From positions 6,715-70,714 of the forward strand of contig JAUNHW010000012.1 in the NCBI GenBank assembly GCA_030523775.1: a DNA stretch of 64,000 nucleotides, given 5' to 3'. Position 1 is the first letter of the stretch, and each line of letters opens with the position of its first letter. Under the pieces are notes generated by a model. It did no database searches. It was not told the origin of the DNA and was given only the letters and a program-made list of their open reading frames with translations. The translations under genes and the position numbers were made by a program. This document shows, in pieces, positions 28,994-39,819 of the stretch. This stretch comes from Akkermansia sp. GTDB lineage: Bacteria; Verrucomicrobiota; Verrucomicrobiia; Verrucomicrobiales; Akkermansiaceae.

Positions 28994-30370
28994 ATGTACA
29001 CCAGCTTCTTCGATGTATTCTCCATCGGCATAGGCCCTTCCAGCTCACACACCATGGGGCCCATGCGCGCGGCCGCGCGCTTTGTGGACGACCTGCGGGA
29101 GCGCGGGGCGCTGGGCTCCGTGCGGCGGGTGAAGGTGAACCTGTACGGCTCGCTGGCGCTCACGGGAGAGGGGCACGGCACGCCATCCGCCGTGGTGTAC
29201 GGACTCATGGGCTATGATGCGGAGCACATGAACCCGCACGATGTGCAGCTGCGCGAGGGCAATCTCACCCTCAACCTGGGCGGGGAGCACCCCATTGCCT
29301 TCTGCGCGGAGAGCGATTTGGAGCTCAAGATGGAGGAAAGCCTGCCGGAGCACCCCAACGGCATGCGCCTGTACGCCTACGGCGCGCGCGGCGAGCTGCT
29401 GCTGGAGGAAACCTTCTTCTCCGTGGGCGGCGGCTCCGTGCGCCGGCTGGACGAGATGGACAGTGCGGACACCACAGCCGCCCCCGTGGTGCCGTATGAT
29501 TTCAACAGCTGTGACGAGATGATGCGCTTCTGCGCCAAGCAGCAGGTCACCCTGGGCGGGCTGGTGATGGCCAACGAAACCTCCCTGCGCGCCGTGCACG
29601 AGGTGAACATGCGGCTGAAACTGGTGTACGATGTGATGATGGAAAGCATAGACCGCGGCGTGGCCGCGGAAGGCCACCTGCCCGGCTCCCTGCACCTGGA
29701 ACGCCGCGCACCGCGCATCTTCAAGCGCATGCAGGAGCGTTTCCTGAGCACCCAGGTGGACCCGCTCGTGAACATGGATTGGCTCAACCTGTGGGCCTTC
29801 GCCGTGGCGGAGGAAAACGCCGCCGGCGGCCGCATTGTCACCGCGCCCACCATGGGCTCCGCGGGCGTATTGCCCGCCGTGCTGCGCTACTTTGCACGCG
29901 TGGGCTACAAGGAGGCCGGTGTGGATGTGGATGCGGGCGTGCGCAACTTCCTGCTCTCCGCCTCCGCCATCTGCTCCCTGTACCGCGCAAACGCCTCCAT
30001 CTCCGGCGCAGAGGTGGGCTGCCAGGGAGAGGTGGGCGTGGCCTGCTCCATGGCCGCAGGGGCCCTGGTGGCCGCCATGGGCGGCTCCAACGCCCAGATT
30101 GAGAATGCGGCGGAGATTGCCATGGAGCACAACCTGGGCCTCACCTGCGACCCCGTGTGCGGCCTGGTGCAGGTGCCCTGCATTGAGCGCAACGCCATCG
30201 GCGCCGTCAAGGCCGTGAACGCCGCCCGCCTGGCCCTGCGCGGCAACGGTTCCCATTTTGTGAGCCTGGACAAGGTGATAGCCACCATGTACGAAACCGG
30301 GCGGAGCCTGGCCGCCGGGTACCGGGAGACCTCACTGGCCGGCCTGGCCAAAAACGCCCTCACCTGCTAG
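28994..30370 (+). CDS. sdaA: Fe-S L-serine dehydratase
   Basis: SIGIGPSSSHTMGPM, GAEVGCQGEVG, HNLGLTCDP, PCIERN. Confidence 0.95.
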   Translation: MYTSFFDVFSIGIGPSSSHTMGPMRAAARFVDDLRERGALGSVRRVKVNLYGSLALTGEGHGTPSAVVYGLMGYDAEHMNPHDVQLREGNLTLNLGGEHPIAFCAESDLELKMEESLPEHPNGMRLYAYGARGELLLEETFFSVGGGSVRRLDEMDSADTTAAPVVPYDFNSCDEMMRFCAKQQVTLGGLVMANETSLRAVHEVNMRLKLVYDVMMESIDRGVAAEGHLPGSLHLERRAPRIFKRMQERFLSTQVDPLVNMDWLNLWAFAVAEENAAGGRIVTAPTMGSAGVLPAVLRYFARVGYKEAGVDVDAGVRNFLLSASAICSLYRANASISGAEVGCQGEVGVACSMAAGALVAAMGGSNAQIENAAEIAMEHNLGLTCDPVCGLVQVPCIERNAIGAVKAVNAARLALRGNGSHFVSLDKVIATMYETGRSLAAGYRETSLAGLAKNALTC

Positions 30371-30411
30371 GGGCGCTGTTCCCGTTTCAACAACTTGCGC
30401 CGCACACGCAC

Positions 30412-31158
30412 TCAGGTGTACATGCCGCCGTCGCACACCAGCACCTGGCCGGTGACGTAGCGGGCGGCATCCGAGGCCAGGAAGAGGGCGCAGGCGGCCA
30501 CGTCTTCCGGCTTCCCCATGCAGCCCAGGGGTATGCGGCGCAGGATGTCCGCGCGCACGCTCTCCGGCAGGGCTTCGGTCATATCCGTGCCGATGAAGCC
30601 CGGAGCAATGGCGTTCACCGTGACCTTGCGGCTGGCGATTTCCAAGGCGAGCGACTTGGTGAGGCCCACCACGCCGGCCTTGGAGGCGGCGTAGTTCACC
30701 TGCCCGCCGTTGCCGCCCAGACCCACGATGGAGCTGAGGTTGATGATGCGCCCGGCCGGGCTTTTCATGATGGTGCGCATGAAGGCCTTGCAGCAGAGGA
30801 AAACGCTTTTCAGGTTGGTGGCCAGCACGGAATCCCAGTCCTCCTCCTTCATACGCATGGCCAAGCCGTCACGCGTGATGCCGGCGTTGTTCACCAGGAT
30901 ATCGATGGAGGGGAAATCCGCCAGCACGCGCGCGGCGCATTCCTCCACCGCCGCGGCCTTGGCCACATCGCAAGCGTACGCCTTGCAACTGCCGGGGTGT
31001 TGCGCGTTGATTTCATCTGCGGCCGCCCCGCATGATTCCGCGCTGCGGGAGATGAGCGCCACGTGCGCACCCTCCGCCGCAAACATGCGCGCCACCGCAA
31101 GCCCGATGCCGCGCCCGGCTCCCGTTACCACCGCTGTTCTGCCTTCCAGTATTCCCAT
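30412..31158 (-). CDS. fabG: 3-oxoacyl-ACP reductase
   Basis: TGAGRGIG, NNAGITRD, NYAASKAG, VNAIAPGFI. Confidence 0.92.
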   Translation of the reverse strand: MGILEGRTAVVTGAGRGIGLAVARMFAAEGAHVALISRSAESCGAAADEINAQHPGSCKAYACDVAKAAAVEECAARVLADFPSIDILVNNAGITRDGLAMRMKEEDWDSVLATNLKSVFLCCKAFMRTIMKSPAGRIINLSSIVGLGGNGGQVNYAASKAGVVGLTKSLALEIASRKVTVNAIAPGFIGTDMTEALPESVRADILRRIPLGCMGKPEDVAACALFLASDAARYVTGQVLVCDGGMYT

Positions 31159-31166
31159 GGGGATGC

Positions 31167-31195
31167 ATTCTACACGACTTTTCGCCCCAACGCAA
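31167..31195 (-). promoter_or_regulatory. Promoter of fabG
   Basis: TTGCGT-17-TAGAAT, 8 nt before ATG 31158. Confidence 0.7.
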
Positions 31196-31247
31196 GGACT
31201 CAGTGCCTTTTGGGGATACGATTTTTCTACGCCACGGCGGGGCCGCC

Positions 31248-32306
31248 TCAATCCACCAGGGAGGAGAGGATGTCTTTGGTGACGGAGTTGACCACGGCGC
31301 AGGTGAGCTCCACGCAGGCGTCCAGGTCGCGGTCGTCCAAGATGCCGTTGTGGGAGTGGATGTAGCGAGTGGGCACGCCGAAGACGATGGCCGGGGTGCC
31401 GTGCCACTGGGGATAGCTTGCGGCGGCATCCGTGCCGCCGGTGCGGCGCACGGTGGGCTGGCAGGGGATGCCGTGTTCCGCCGCCACGCGCAGGGCGAAA
31501 TCTCCCAGGGCGGGCGGGGTGATGTTGGTGGGGTCGAACAGGCGCACCTGCACGCCGCCGCCCAGCACGCCCTGCCGGCATGTGGCGGATTGGCCGAAGG
31601 TGTCGTCCGCGGGCGGGCCCTCCAGCACAATGGCGAGGTCCGGGGTATGCTCCAGGGCGCGTGCGCCGCGGGTGCCCACCTCCTCCTGCACGGTGCCGAT
31701 GCCGTGAACGGTGCAAGCGGGTTTCCGGGCGGCCAGGCGCTTCATGGCCTCCACCATGCAGTAGACGCCGGCGCGGTTGTCGAAGGCCTTGCCCATCCAG
31801 CGGTGGGGGAGCTCCAGGGGTTGGAGCTGCACATCCGGGGTGACGGCGCAGCCAATGGTGATGCCGCAGGCGGCCACCTCCTCTCCGGAAGAGGCGCCGA
31901 TATCGATGAAGAGGGCATCGTTTGGCATCACGGAGTGGCGCTGCGCTTCCGGCAGCAGGTGGGGCGGCTTGGTGCCGATCTGGCCGGGGATGCTCTTGCC
32001 GCCGCGGGTGTGCACGTGCACGCGCTGGCTGGGCAGGGTGTGGTTCCACCAGCCGCCCAGCGGCACAATGAGCAGGAAGCCGTCCGGCGTGATGCCCTGC
32101 ACCATGAAGCCAATTTCATCCATGTGGGAAAGCAGGGCCACGGTGGGGCCGCCGCTGCCGTGCAGGGTGCATACCACATTTCCGGCGGTGGTGGTGGAGA
32201 TTTCAGTGATGCCGCCGAGCTCTTGGCGAATGATGGAGCGCACGGGCCCCTCGAAACCGGAGGGCGCGGCGGCGTTGCTGCAGCGGGTGAGCAGTTCCTG
32301 GTTCAT
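31248..32306 (-). CDS. M42-family metallo-aminopeptidase
   Basis: SHMDEIG, KAFDNRAG, QEEVG, GGTD, RYIHS. Confidence 0.9.
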   Translation of the reverse strand: MNQELLTRCSNAAAPSGFEGPVRSIIRQELGGITEISTTTAGNVVCTLHGSGGPTVALLSHMDEIGFMVQGITPDGFLLIVPLGGWWNHTLPSQRVHVHTRGGKSIPGQIGTKPPHLLPEAQRHSVMPNDALFIDIGASSGEEVAACGITIGCAVTPDVQLQPLELPHRWMGKAFDNRAGVYCMVEAMKRLAARKPACTVHGIGTVQEEVGTRGARALEHTPDLAIVLEGPPADDTFGQSATCRQGVLGGGVQVRLFDPTNITPPALGDFALRVAAEHGIPCQPTVRRTGGTDAAASYPQWHGTPAIVFGVPTRYIHSHNGILDDRDLDACVELTCAVVNSVTKDILSSLVD

Positions 32307-32327
32307 GGTTTGTTCAAAATGGAAGCG

Positions 32328-33980
32328 TTATTCCGGGAACATGTCCCGGAGATCGTTGAAGCGCAGGGAGGGCGGCGTGTCGATGTCGTCTTCCTTGGCG
32401 GCGCGTGCCCGGGCGTCCGGGCTGTAGGCGGGCTTGTCTTCCGCGGCGGGGTCCGGGCGGGCGTTGTCGATATCGCCGAAGATGTCGCGCACCCTGGAAT
32501 CGATTTCCTCCCCGGCGGCGGCGTTGGTGCGGCGGCGCGGCGGGAGCACGGTGGGTTGCTCCTCCAGGTTGAGCATGGCCTGGCGCTGCGGTGCAAAATC
32601 CGGCAGGTCCAGGAAGCTCTGCTGCCTCTCCGCTGCGGGCTTTGCGGGCTCCGGTTCGGGGGCGGGCACAGGCTCTTCCACGGGTTCGGGCCGGGGTTCT
32701 TCCCGCGGCTCCGGCATGGGTTCTTCTTCCGGCGCGGGTTCTTCCATGGGCTCCGGCGCAGGCTCCCCTTCCGGTTCGGGTTCGTGGGTGGCGTTGTCGA
32801 TATCCGCGAACATGTTGTGCACGCGGGCGTCCAGCTCGTCCTCTTCTCCGCCCCCGTTCTCCGGTTCCCCTTCCGGCTCCGGCATGGGTTCGGGCACAGG
32901 CTCTTCCTGCGGTTCCGGCGCAGGCTCGGGTTCTTCTTCCGGCTCGGGTTCAGGCACCGGGGAAAGGTCGGCGGTTTCTTCCTGTTGTTCTGTCTCTTGC
33001 ACGGCGGGTGCGGGCATATCCGCGGCGTTCACGGAAGTAATCAGGGTAACGCGCATTTCATCCTTTAGTGCAGGTTTCACACATGCGCCGAACAAGATTT
33101 CAACGTTGGCGCCGAGTTCTGCGCAGATGGTGTCCATCAGGCGGCCAATCTCACCCAGCGCCAGGCTTTCTCCCCCGGCCACGTGCAAAAGCACCTTGCC
33201 GCGCACGGCATGGAGGGAGCGGTGGTAGGCCAGCAAGGGGGATTGCAGGAGGGTGCGGACGGCTTCCTCTGCGCGCGCGGCGCCGAATCCGCGCCCGAAA
33301 CCGAAGATGCAGCGGGAGTTTTCCCCGCGCAGGGCTGCCGCCAGGTCGTCCAGCCCCAGGTTGATGAGCCCTGGGGAGTTGGCCAGGAAGGGCACGGCGG
33401 CGGTGGCCTGCGCCAGCAGGCGGTTGGCGTGCTCGAAAAGCTCGTCTGCGTTGCTGGAGCCGCCGAAAAGGGATTCCAGGTAGTCGTTCTCAAAGCAGAG
33501 GCTGATATCCGCCTGGCGTTCGATGACAGCCAGGGCGCCCTCTGCGCGGCGGCGGCGCACGGCGCCTTCGAAACCGAAGGGCATGATGGACACGCTCACC
33601 AGGTACAGGCCTGCCTGCTTGGCCCATTCCGCCAGCAGCGGGGCGGCTCCGGAGCCCGTGCCGCCGCCCAGCCCGGCCACCATCACCAGCATGCGCACGC
33701 CGGTGAGCATCTCCTGCACCTTTTCCCGGCAGTGGTTGAGCGCGCTGCGCCCGCGGTCCGGGTCTCCCCCGGTGGCGAATCCTCCTTCATCCCCGCCCAG
33801 GCGCACGAATTCCACGTTGCCGAAATCTCGTTCCAGGCGGTCATCCGCGGCCATGGCGTACATGCGCACGTTCTCCGCGCTGGAGCCGCCGAAGTTGTGG
33901 AGGATGTTCACGCCCGCCCCGCCGATGCCGACAATGGCGAGGCGGTCTTCCACGTGCGGTGTCTTCTGGTAGGGGAGCAT
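32328..33980 (-). CDS. ftsZ: Divergent cell division protein FtsZ with a long Pro/Glu-rich tail
   Basis: [17 protein letters not shown] tubulin signature, GLINL T7 loop, C-terminal DIDTPPSLR; follows ftsA. Confidence 0.85.
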   Translation of the reverse strand: MLPYQKTPHVEDRLAIVGIGGAGVNILHNFGGSSAENVRMYAMAADDRLERDFGNVEFVRLGGDEGGFATGGDPDRGRSALNHCREKVQEMLTGVRMLVMVAGLGGGTGSGAAPLLAEWAKQAGLYLVSVSIMPFGFEGAVRRRRAEGALAVIERQADISLCFENDYLESLFGGSSNADELFEHANRLLAQATAAVPFLANSPGLINLGLDDLAAALRGENSRCIFGFGRGFGAARAEEAVRTLLQSPLLAYHRSLHAVRGKVLLHVAGGESLALGEIGRLMDTICAELGANVEILFGACVKPALKDEMRVTLITSVNAADMPAPAVQETEQQEETADLSPVPEPEPEEEPEPAPEPQEEPVPEPMPEPEGEPENGGGEEDELDARVHNMFADIDNATHEPEPEGEPAPEPMEEPAPEEEPMPEPREEPRPEPVEEPVPAPEPEPAKPAAERQQSFLDLPDFAPQRQAMLNLEEQPTVLPPRRRTNAAAGEEIDSRVRDIFGDIDNARPDPAAEDKPAYSPDARARAAKEDDIDTPPSLRFNDLRDMFPE

Positions 33981-34000
33981 GGCGTGCGGGTGGGAACTTG

Positions 34001-35209
34001 TCAGTGGTGGGAGCGGAAGCGCCGGAAGAGCGAATCCAGCCAGCCGCCGCCCGGCATGGCATCGTCATCATACCGCTGGGCAAAGCGGAGGAGGCCGATG
34101 GTTGTGCAGTAGCGGGGGTCGTTCAGGTAGCGCCCCTCCTCCGGGGTCATCTGCGCCGGCTGGTTGACCGGCATGCCGAAAATGTAGCGGGCCAGGCTGT
34201 CCAGCCCGCGCATCATGCTGGTGCCGCCGCACAGGTAGAGGGCCATGCCGTTCTGGCTGAGCACCTCCTTGGGAATGCGGTCGCGCACGCGCAGCAGGGC
34301 GTCTGCCAGGCGGTCGCGGATGATGCGGTTGAGCAGGCCGCGCTCTATGCTCACGTCATGCATGCCCAGCTGGCTGCGGTACTGGGCGAGCGAACGGTCC
34401 TTCACATCGCCGAAGGCATCGCCCTCCGTGCATTTGAGGTATTCCGCGGCCTCCCTGGAGACGGGCTGTTCCGCCAGGCGCATGATATCCTGGTTGATGG
34501 TGACGCCGCCGATGGGGATGCAGCCGGAGGCGATGATATCCGTGCCCTTGTAGCAGATGAAATCGGAGGTGCCGCCGCCGATGTCGATGAGCAGCGCACC
34601 GCTTTCCTTCTGGGCGCGGGAGAGCACCATCTGGGCGGTTGCGAGCGGGGCGAACACCAGTTCCTCCACCTCCAGCGGCACGCCGCGCACGCATACCAGC
34701 GAGTTCTTGACGCGGCTGCTGATGCCGTGGATGATGTGGCTGTTGACATCCAGCGTGTGGCCCGTGAGCCCGGCGGGGTGGCGCGTGGGTTCGTCCCCAT
34801 CCACGGAGTAGCCGCCGGTTTCCGTGTGCATGGTGAAGTGGTCCGACGGGAGCTCCGCGTGTTCCGCCTTTTCGCGGGCGTAGCTCATGTGCTCCTCGTC
34901 AATGATGTCCTCTGTGTCCGGCAGGCGGTAGGAGCCCACGTTGTTGATGCCGGAGATGTGGTCTCCGGTGACGGAAAGGAAGACGTTGAGGATATCCACT
35001 TTGGCATGGTCCTGTGCAAGCTGCCAGGCATCGCACACGCATTGGCGCGCCATGTTCTGGTCCACGATTTCGCCTTTGCGGATACCGGCGCTGGGCACTT
35101 CACCGCCGCCGATGATGGTGGCGGTGGCATCCGGGTGGATTTCCCCCACCACCATGCAGGTTTTGGAGGTGCCTATTTCAAGGCTTGCGAGTATTTTGGT
35201 CTTGGGCAT
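34001..35209 (-). CDS. ftsA: Cell division protein FtsA
   Basis: [29 protein letters not shown]. Confidence 0.92.
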   Translation of the reverse strand: MPKTKILASLEIGTSKTCMVVGEIHPDATATIIGGGEVPSAGIRKGEIVDQNMARQCVCDAWQLAQDHAKVDILNVFLSVTGDHISGINNVGSYRLPDTEDIIDEEHMSYAREKAEHAELPSDHFTMHTETGGYSVDGDEPTRHPAGLTGHTLDVNSHIIHGISSRVKNSLVCVRGVPLEVEELVFAPLATAQMVLSRAQKESGALLIDIGGGTSDFICYKGTDIIASGCIPIGGVTINQDIMRLAEQPVSREAAEYLKCTEGDAFGDVKDRSLAQYRSQLGMHDVSIERGLLNRIIRDRLADALLRVRDRIPKEVLSQNGMALYLCGGTSMMRGLDSLARYIFGMPVNQPAQMTPEEGRYLNDPRYCTTIGLLRFAQRYDDDAMPGGGWLDSLFRRFRSHH

Positions 35210-35217
35210 GTGTTTTT

Positions 35218-35763
35218 CTAGGGTTGTTTATGGGAAGTGGTTGCGGGCACGCCGGCGGCGGCGCACACCTGCGGGTCCGGCATAATGCGCGGGTCCAGGG
35301 TGACGAAGTCGTCGGAGCGTTTTTCGGAGGGCTTGAAGAGGAATCCGGGTTTGCGGTTGAGCACGCGGTAGGAGGTGGCCATGAACAGGGGGAGCACCTG
35401 GTTGGTGCTGGGTTCGTAGGCGCTCTTGCCGGTGAACTTGCCGGTGATGGCGTACTCCACGTTGTCATCCGTGCCGAAAACGGCGTTCTTGAGCGGGGGC
35501 TCCGGGCCGCGGTCCGGCTGGTGGATGGTGTGCTCGTCCATCATCACCAGCTTGGCGGTGCGCCAGCTTTCCCCGGGGCGCCGCAGGTAGCCCCACATAC
35601 GCGTGAAGGGTATGTAGTAGCGGCGGCCTATGTAGTAGTCTCCGGGCTGTTCCGCGGCTATGGCGGCCTCCCGTTCCTGAATGGCTTGGCAGTCGCTCTT
35701 CAGGGTGTTGCACTGGCTCAGGCAAAGCACGCCCGCCAGCAGCATGAAAATCTTTCGAGACAT
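35218..35763 (-). CDS. Hypothetical lipoprotein
   Basis: Lipobox-like LCLSQC after a hydrophobic N-terminus; co-oriented with ftsA-ftsZ. Confidence 0.7.
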   Translation of the reverse strand: MSRKIFMLLAGVLCLSQCNTLKSDCQAIQEREAAIAAEQPGDYYIGRRYYIPFTRMWGYLRRPGESWRTAKLVMMDEHTIHQPDRGPEPPLKNAVFGTDDNVEYAITGKFTGKSAYEPSTNQVLPLFMATSYRVLNRKPGFLFKPSEKRSDDFVTLDPRIMPDPQVCAAAGVPATTSHKQP

Positions 35764-35841
35764 CATTACCATGTGATAGGGAGAGCGTACCAAAGCCTCA
35801 TGCCGCGGTCAAGTGCTAATGCGGGCAAATGGGGGGGCGCG

Positions 35842-36627
35842 TCAGTCCATGATGGACCAGAGGCGGCCGTTGGCGCCCTGGATGAGGCGGATGGGGAGGT
35901 CGAACGCGCGCTGCAGGATGGGTTCCGTGAGCACATCCTCCCGCGCGCCGCGGGCAATGATGTTTCCCTCCCGCAGGATGAGGCCTTGCGAGAATGCGGG
36001 CAGGATGTCCTCTATGCGCTGGGTGATGAAGATGATGGTGAGCTCCGGGCGCTGCGCCGCCAGGTCTGCAATGGCTCCCAGTAGGAACTCCCGCCCGGCA
36101 ATGTCCAGGAACACGCTGGGCTCGTCCAGTATCATCAGGTCCGGCCGTGTCATGAGCGCGCGTGCAATGAGCACCTTCACCTGCTCCCCGGAGCTCATGG
36201 TGGCCACGGTGCGGTCTGCCAAATGTTCCGCGCGCAGGGAGGCCAGCAGCTCTGCGGCGCGCGCCTCCTCCCCCGCGGTGGGTGTGCGGAAGAGGCCGAT
36301 GGTGGCGTCCGGCCCGGAGAGCACCATTTCGCGGCCTGTCCAGTCGCGCTGGCCGAGCCACTGGTGCATGAGCGGGCTCACCCAGGCGATGCGCTTGCGG
36401 AGCTCCTGCAGGTTGATGGTGCCGAAACGGTGGCCCAGCACCTCCACGGTGGCGCCGAAGAGCGGCCAGGCATAGCCCATGAGCATGCGCACCAGGGTGG
36501 TCTTGCCGGCACCGTTTGCGCCCAGGATGAAGCAGCGCTCGCCCTGCTGCACGCGCCAGTTGATGCCGTGCAGCACCTCCCTGCCGGAGAGGTACACGCT
36601 GGCGTTCTCTATGCGTACGGCATCCAT
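35842..36627 (-). CDS. ABC ATP-binding protein, ModF-like
   Basis: GANGAGKTT, SSGEQ, ILDEP. Confidence 0.88.
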   Translation of the reverse strand: MDAVRIENASVYLSGREVLHGINWRVQQGERCFILGANGAGKTTLVRMLMGYAWPLFGATVEVLGHRFGTINLQELRKRIAWVSPLMHQWLGQRDWTGREMVLSGPDATIGLFRTPTAGEEARAAELLASLRAEHLADRTVATMSSGEQVKVLIARALMTRPDLMILDEPSVFLDIAGREFLLGAIADLAAQRPELTIIFITQRIEDILPAFSQGLILREGNIIARGAREDVLTEPILQRAFDLPIRLIQGANGRLWSIMD

Positions 36628-36682
36628 GGAAAAGCAAACGGCGGGGTTGCAGCGCACCGCAACCCCGCCGGGAATGGGAAAA

Positions 36683-37663
36683 TCACTTGCGCTCGAAGAG
36701 GGAGCGGATCTTCTTGCCCACAATCTCCACGGGGTGCTCCGCCAGGGCGGCGCGCTTGGCCTGCAGGTTGGGGGCTCCGGCGGCGGCCTCCGCCAGCCAG
36801 TCCTTGGCGAACTTGCCGGATTCGATGCGCTGCAGGCTCTCCTTCATCTTGGCCTTCACCTCCGGGCCGAGGATCTGCGGGCCGTTGTAGTACTCGCCGA
36901 ATTCGGCGGTGTTGGAGATGACGCTGTTCATGCGCTGGATGCCGCCAGTGTAGATGAGGTCCACGATGAGCTTGGCCTCGTGCACGCACTCGAAGTACGC
37001 CATCTCATGCGGGTAGCCCGCCTCGATGAGCGTCTCGAACCCGTACTTCATCAGGTCCACCAGGCCGCCGCAGAGCACGTTCTGCTCGCCGAACAGGTCT
37101 TCATACGTCTCTTGCGCCATGGTGCATTCCAGCACACCGCCGCGCGTGAGACCCTCCGCCTTGGCAATGGCCAGCGCCGTGGCGCGCGCCTTGCCGCTCG
37201 GGTCCTGGAACACCGCTATCAGGCCGGGGCAGCCGAAGCCTTCCTCGAACACGCGGCGAACCTCCGTGCCCGGGCCCTTCGGCGCCACCATGATCACGTC
37301 CACGTCCGCCGGCGGCTCAATCGTCTTGAACACGTACGCAAAGCCGTGGGAGCAGCACAGCGTCTTGCCCGCCGCCAGCTGCGGCTTGATCTGCTTGGCG
37401 TACACCTCCCCGTGCTTCTCGTCCGGAAGCAACAGGTGGATGATATCCGCCTTGCCGGCGGCCTCGTCCACCGGCATCACTTCAAAACCGTCCTGCACCG
37501 CTGCATCCCAGCTCTTGCCGGGGCGGATGCCGATGATGACATGCACGCCGCTGTCGCGCATGCAGAGCGCTTGCGCGCGCCCCTGTGCACCGTAACCGAT
37601 GACGGCCACGGTACGCCCGTTCAGAACGCTCACATCGGCGTCCTTATCGTGAAGTATCTCCAT
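36683..37663 (-). CDS. ilvC: Ketol-acid reductoisomerase
   Basis: IGYGAQG, MVAPKGPG, DLFGEQ, YFECVHE, SNTAEFG. Confidence 0.96.
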   Translation of the reverse strand: MEILHDKDADVSVLNGRTVAVIGYGAQGRAQALCMRDSGVHVIIGIRPGKSWDAAVQDGFEVMPVDEAAGKADIIHLLLPDEKHGEVYAKQIKPQLAAGKTLCCSHGFAYVFKTIEPPADVDVIMVAPKGPGTEVRRVFEEGFGCPGLIAVFQDPSGKARATALAIAKAEGLTRGGVLECTMAQETYEDLFGEQNVLCGGLVDLMKYGFETLIEAGYPHEMAYFECVHEAKLIVDLIYTGGIQRMNSVISNTAEFGEYYNGPQILGPEVKAKMKESLQRIESGKFAKDWLAEAAAGAPNLQAKRAALAEHPVEIVGKKIRSLFERK

Positions 37664-37825
37664 AATCAGATTAGGTTTGGGTTGAACGCCGCCCGCCACC
37701 GCGGTGGGCAACGCGAGACACTATACCACCAGAGCCCCGCTTTTCAAGCGGTTCAGGGGCATTATGACAGAAGAACCCGCCACCGGCGCAAGGCGTATGC
37801 AGCCTGTATGTGGCGCAGAATATCC

Positions 37826-37854
37826 TTGCCATCCCGCGGTGCGTGTGTTAGAGT
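37826..37854 (+). promoter_or_regulatory. Leaderless promoter of the NUDIX-like gene
   Basis: TTGCCA-17-TAGAGT, 6 nt before ATG 37861. Confidence 0.75.
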
Positions 37855-37860
37855 TCCCGC

Positions 37861-38478
37861 ATGTCAACACATGAGGGAGAACAGGTGCTGGTGGTGCCGC
37901 GCGAGGCATTCAATGCGGTGGGGGCTTTCAATGGCGTGCGCCGCAACCCGCAGGATTACCTGGAAGCCTTCCTCAAGCCGGGCGTGGCACGCTACATGGA
38001 CCGCGCGCTGGCAGAGAAAAGCCCGCAGTTCAAGCAGCTTATCGGCTACGCCATCTTCTGCCACCGGGGCCGCATCCTGGCCTACTCCCGCACCGCCAAG
38101 GGCACGGAAACGCGCCTGCACGACAAGTGGTCGCTGGGCATTGGCGGCCATATCAACCCCATAGACGGGCTCACGGACAGCATCCACACCTACCTCACCG
38201 GCATGGAGCGCGAAATCCGCGAGGAAATCAGCATCCCCGCCGCCGTGGGCCAGGAGCTCTACGCCGTGATCAACGACGACACGGACGAGGTGGGCTCCGT
38301 GCACCTGGGCATCGTGCACCGTTTCGAGCTGGAAAGCGAGGAGGTGGCACCCAACGAGAAGAAGCTGGACAACCTGGGATTCCACTCGCTGGAAGAGCTG
38401 GTGGGCGACCTCTACCCCAAGCTGGAGAGCTGGTCCGCCATCTGTGTGGACGCCCTGCGCGCCGATGCTGCCAAGTAA
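37861..38478 (+). CDS. Predicted NUDIX-family phosphoesterase
   Basis: RLHDKWSLGIGGHINP, EREIREEI, VHLGIVH. Confidence 0.75.
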   Translation: MSTHEGEQVLVVPREAFNAVGAFNGVRRNPQDYLEAFLKPGVARYMDRALAEKSPQFKQLIGYAIFCHRGRILAYSRTAKGTETRLHDKWSLGIGGHINPIDGLTDSIHTYLTGMEREIREEISIPAAVGQELYAVINDDTDEVGSVHLGIVHRFELESEEVAPNEKKLDNLGFHSLEELVGDLYPKLESWSAICVDALRADAAK

Positions 38479-38497
38479 CGTTTTAACACCCAAAGCA

Positions 38498-39463
38498 ATG
38501 AACACCAAGACTAGCATCCTTGCCATCGCCGCGCTGTGCAGCCTGTGCGCCCCGCAGGCGCTCGCAGACCGCAACAGCGACTACTGGGCGCCGCAGAACA
38601 TGGCGCGCCGCCAGTGCACCTCCGTGCATATCGGCTTCATGCCCACCGTGCCGCACCACAGCGCGGCCTACCAGGAGATGGTGGTGGAGAAGAGCGCCCC
38701 CGGCACCTATTTCTGCTGCAACAACTTCTCCAACGGATACATCGGCGTTCAGGAGCTTGCCGAACGGCCGGACGGCCCCCCCAAGCGCGTGGTCATCTTC
38801 TCCATATGGGATGCCCAGGATTCCGGCGACAACCCGAACGCCGCGCCTGAATCGGAGCGCGCCAAGCTGGTGCAGCGCGGCGCCGGCGTGCACACCACGC
38901 GTTTCGGCGGTGAGGGCACGGGCGGCAAGTCCATGCGCGAATTCAACTGGAAGGAGGGCCAGCGCATCCGCACCCTGGTGGTGGAGAAGCAGGATGGTGA
39001 AAAATTCCGCCAGATTGCCGGCTACCTGTACAATGATGAAACCCAGAACTGGGAGCTGCTGAGCTGCTGGCGCGTGCAGGCCATCCACCGCGGGCTTGGC
39101 GGCGGCAGCGGCTTTGTGGAGGATTTCCGCCGCAACGTGGAATCCAAGAAATACGAGCGCCGCGCCACCTTCGGCCCCGCCTTCCGCTGGGTCGGCAACG
39201 AGTGGAAGCAGGCCACCGAATTCCGCTTCACCCGCGATGCCAACCCCAACAACGAAATCAACTGCCGCCTCAACCCCAAGCTCGGGTACTTCTCCCTGGC
39301 AACCGGCGGAAACATCAAGCCGGAGGCGGATTTCAAGCCCTTCGACACCAAGCCCCTCATCCCCCTGCCGGAAGCCCAGGAACCCGGCCAGCAGGTGATG
39401 GACATCATCCGCGCGCCCAAGCTGGAGATGATGCAGTACAACGATGACGGACCCGCCATCTGA
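38498..39463 (+). CDS. Secreted protein, DUF3472-like
   Basis: Signal peptide; SVH, GYIGVQ, IFSIWD, FGGEGTGG and FVEDF blocks as recalled for this family. Confidence 0.65.
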   Translation: MNTKTSILAIAALCSLCAPQALADRNSDYWAPQNMARRQCTSVHIGFMPTVPHHSAAYQEMVVEKSAPGTYFCCNNFSNGYIGVQELAERPDGPPKRVVIFSIWDAQDSGDNPNAAPESERAKLVQRGAGVHTTRFGGEGTGGKSMREFNWKEGQRIRTLVVEKQDGEKFRQIAGYLYNDETQNWELLSCWRVQAIHRGLGGGSGFVEDFRRNVESKKYERRATFGPAFRWVGNEWKQATEFRFTRDANPNNEINCRLNPKLGYFSLATGGNIKPEADFKPFDTKPLIPLPEAQEPGQQVMDIIRAPKLEMMQYNDDGPAI

Positions 39464-39472
39464 CACACGGCC

Positions 39473-39766
39473 ATGGGATTGTTCGACGGCATGCTGGGCT
39501 CCCTGATGGGAGGCAAAATCGGTGACGCGCTGCGGCAGAACTGCCCGCCGGACGTGCTGCCCGCGCTGGAGAGGCTGCTGGCGGATTCCGATGCGGTGAA
39601 AACCATCACCGGCTATGTGGGCGACTGCATGGGCGGTCTGGCGGACCTCTCCGTGGAGGATCTGAAAGCCCTGCCCTTCGGCCGGGAGGCCGCAGACCTG
39701 CTGCAGCAGAACACCGCCCTGGCGGAACACCTGGTGAACACGGCCAGGGAAAAGCTGGGGCTGTAA
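39473..39766 (+). CDS. Small hypothetical protein
   Basis: 97-aa ORF filling the gap; typical codon usage. Confidence 0.7.
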   Translation: MGLFDGMLGSLMGGKIGDALRQNCPPDVLPALERLLADSDAVKTITGYVGDCMGGLADLSVEDLKALPFGREAADLLQQNTALAEHLVNTAREKLGL

Positions 39767-39783
39767 CAATTTGCCGTTTTTGC

Positions 39784-39813
39784 TTGCAGCGGGGACACGC
39801 GGCGCGCTATACT
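39784..39813 (+). promoter_or_regulatory. Leaderless promoter of the thioredoxin-domain gene
   Basis: TTGCAG-18-TATACT, 6 nt before ATG 39820. Confidence 0.65.
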
Positions 39814-39819
39814 GCACGC

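Noticed and set aside
32600-32960. DNA repeat element inside ftsZ
   Set aside because: Explained by low-complexity Pro/Glu coding (EPEP)
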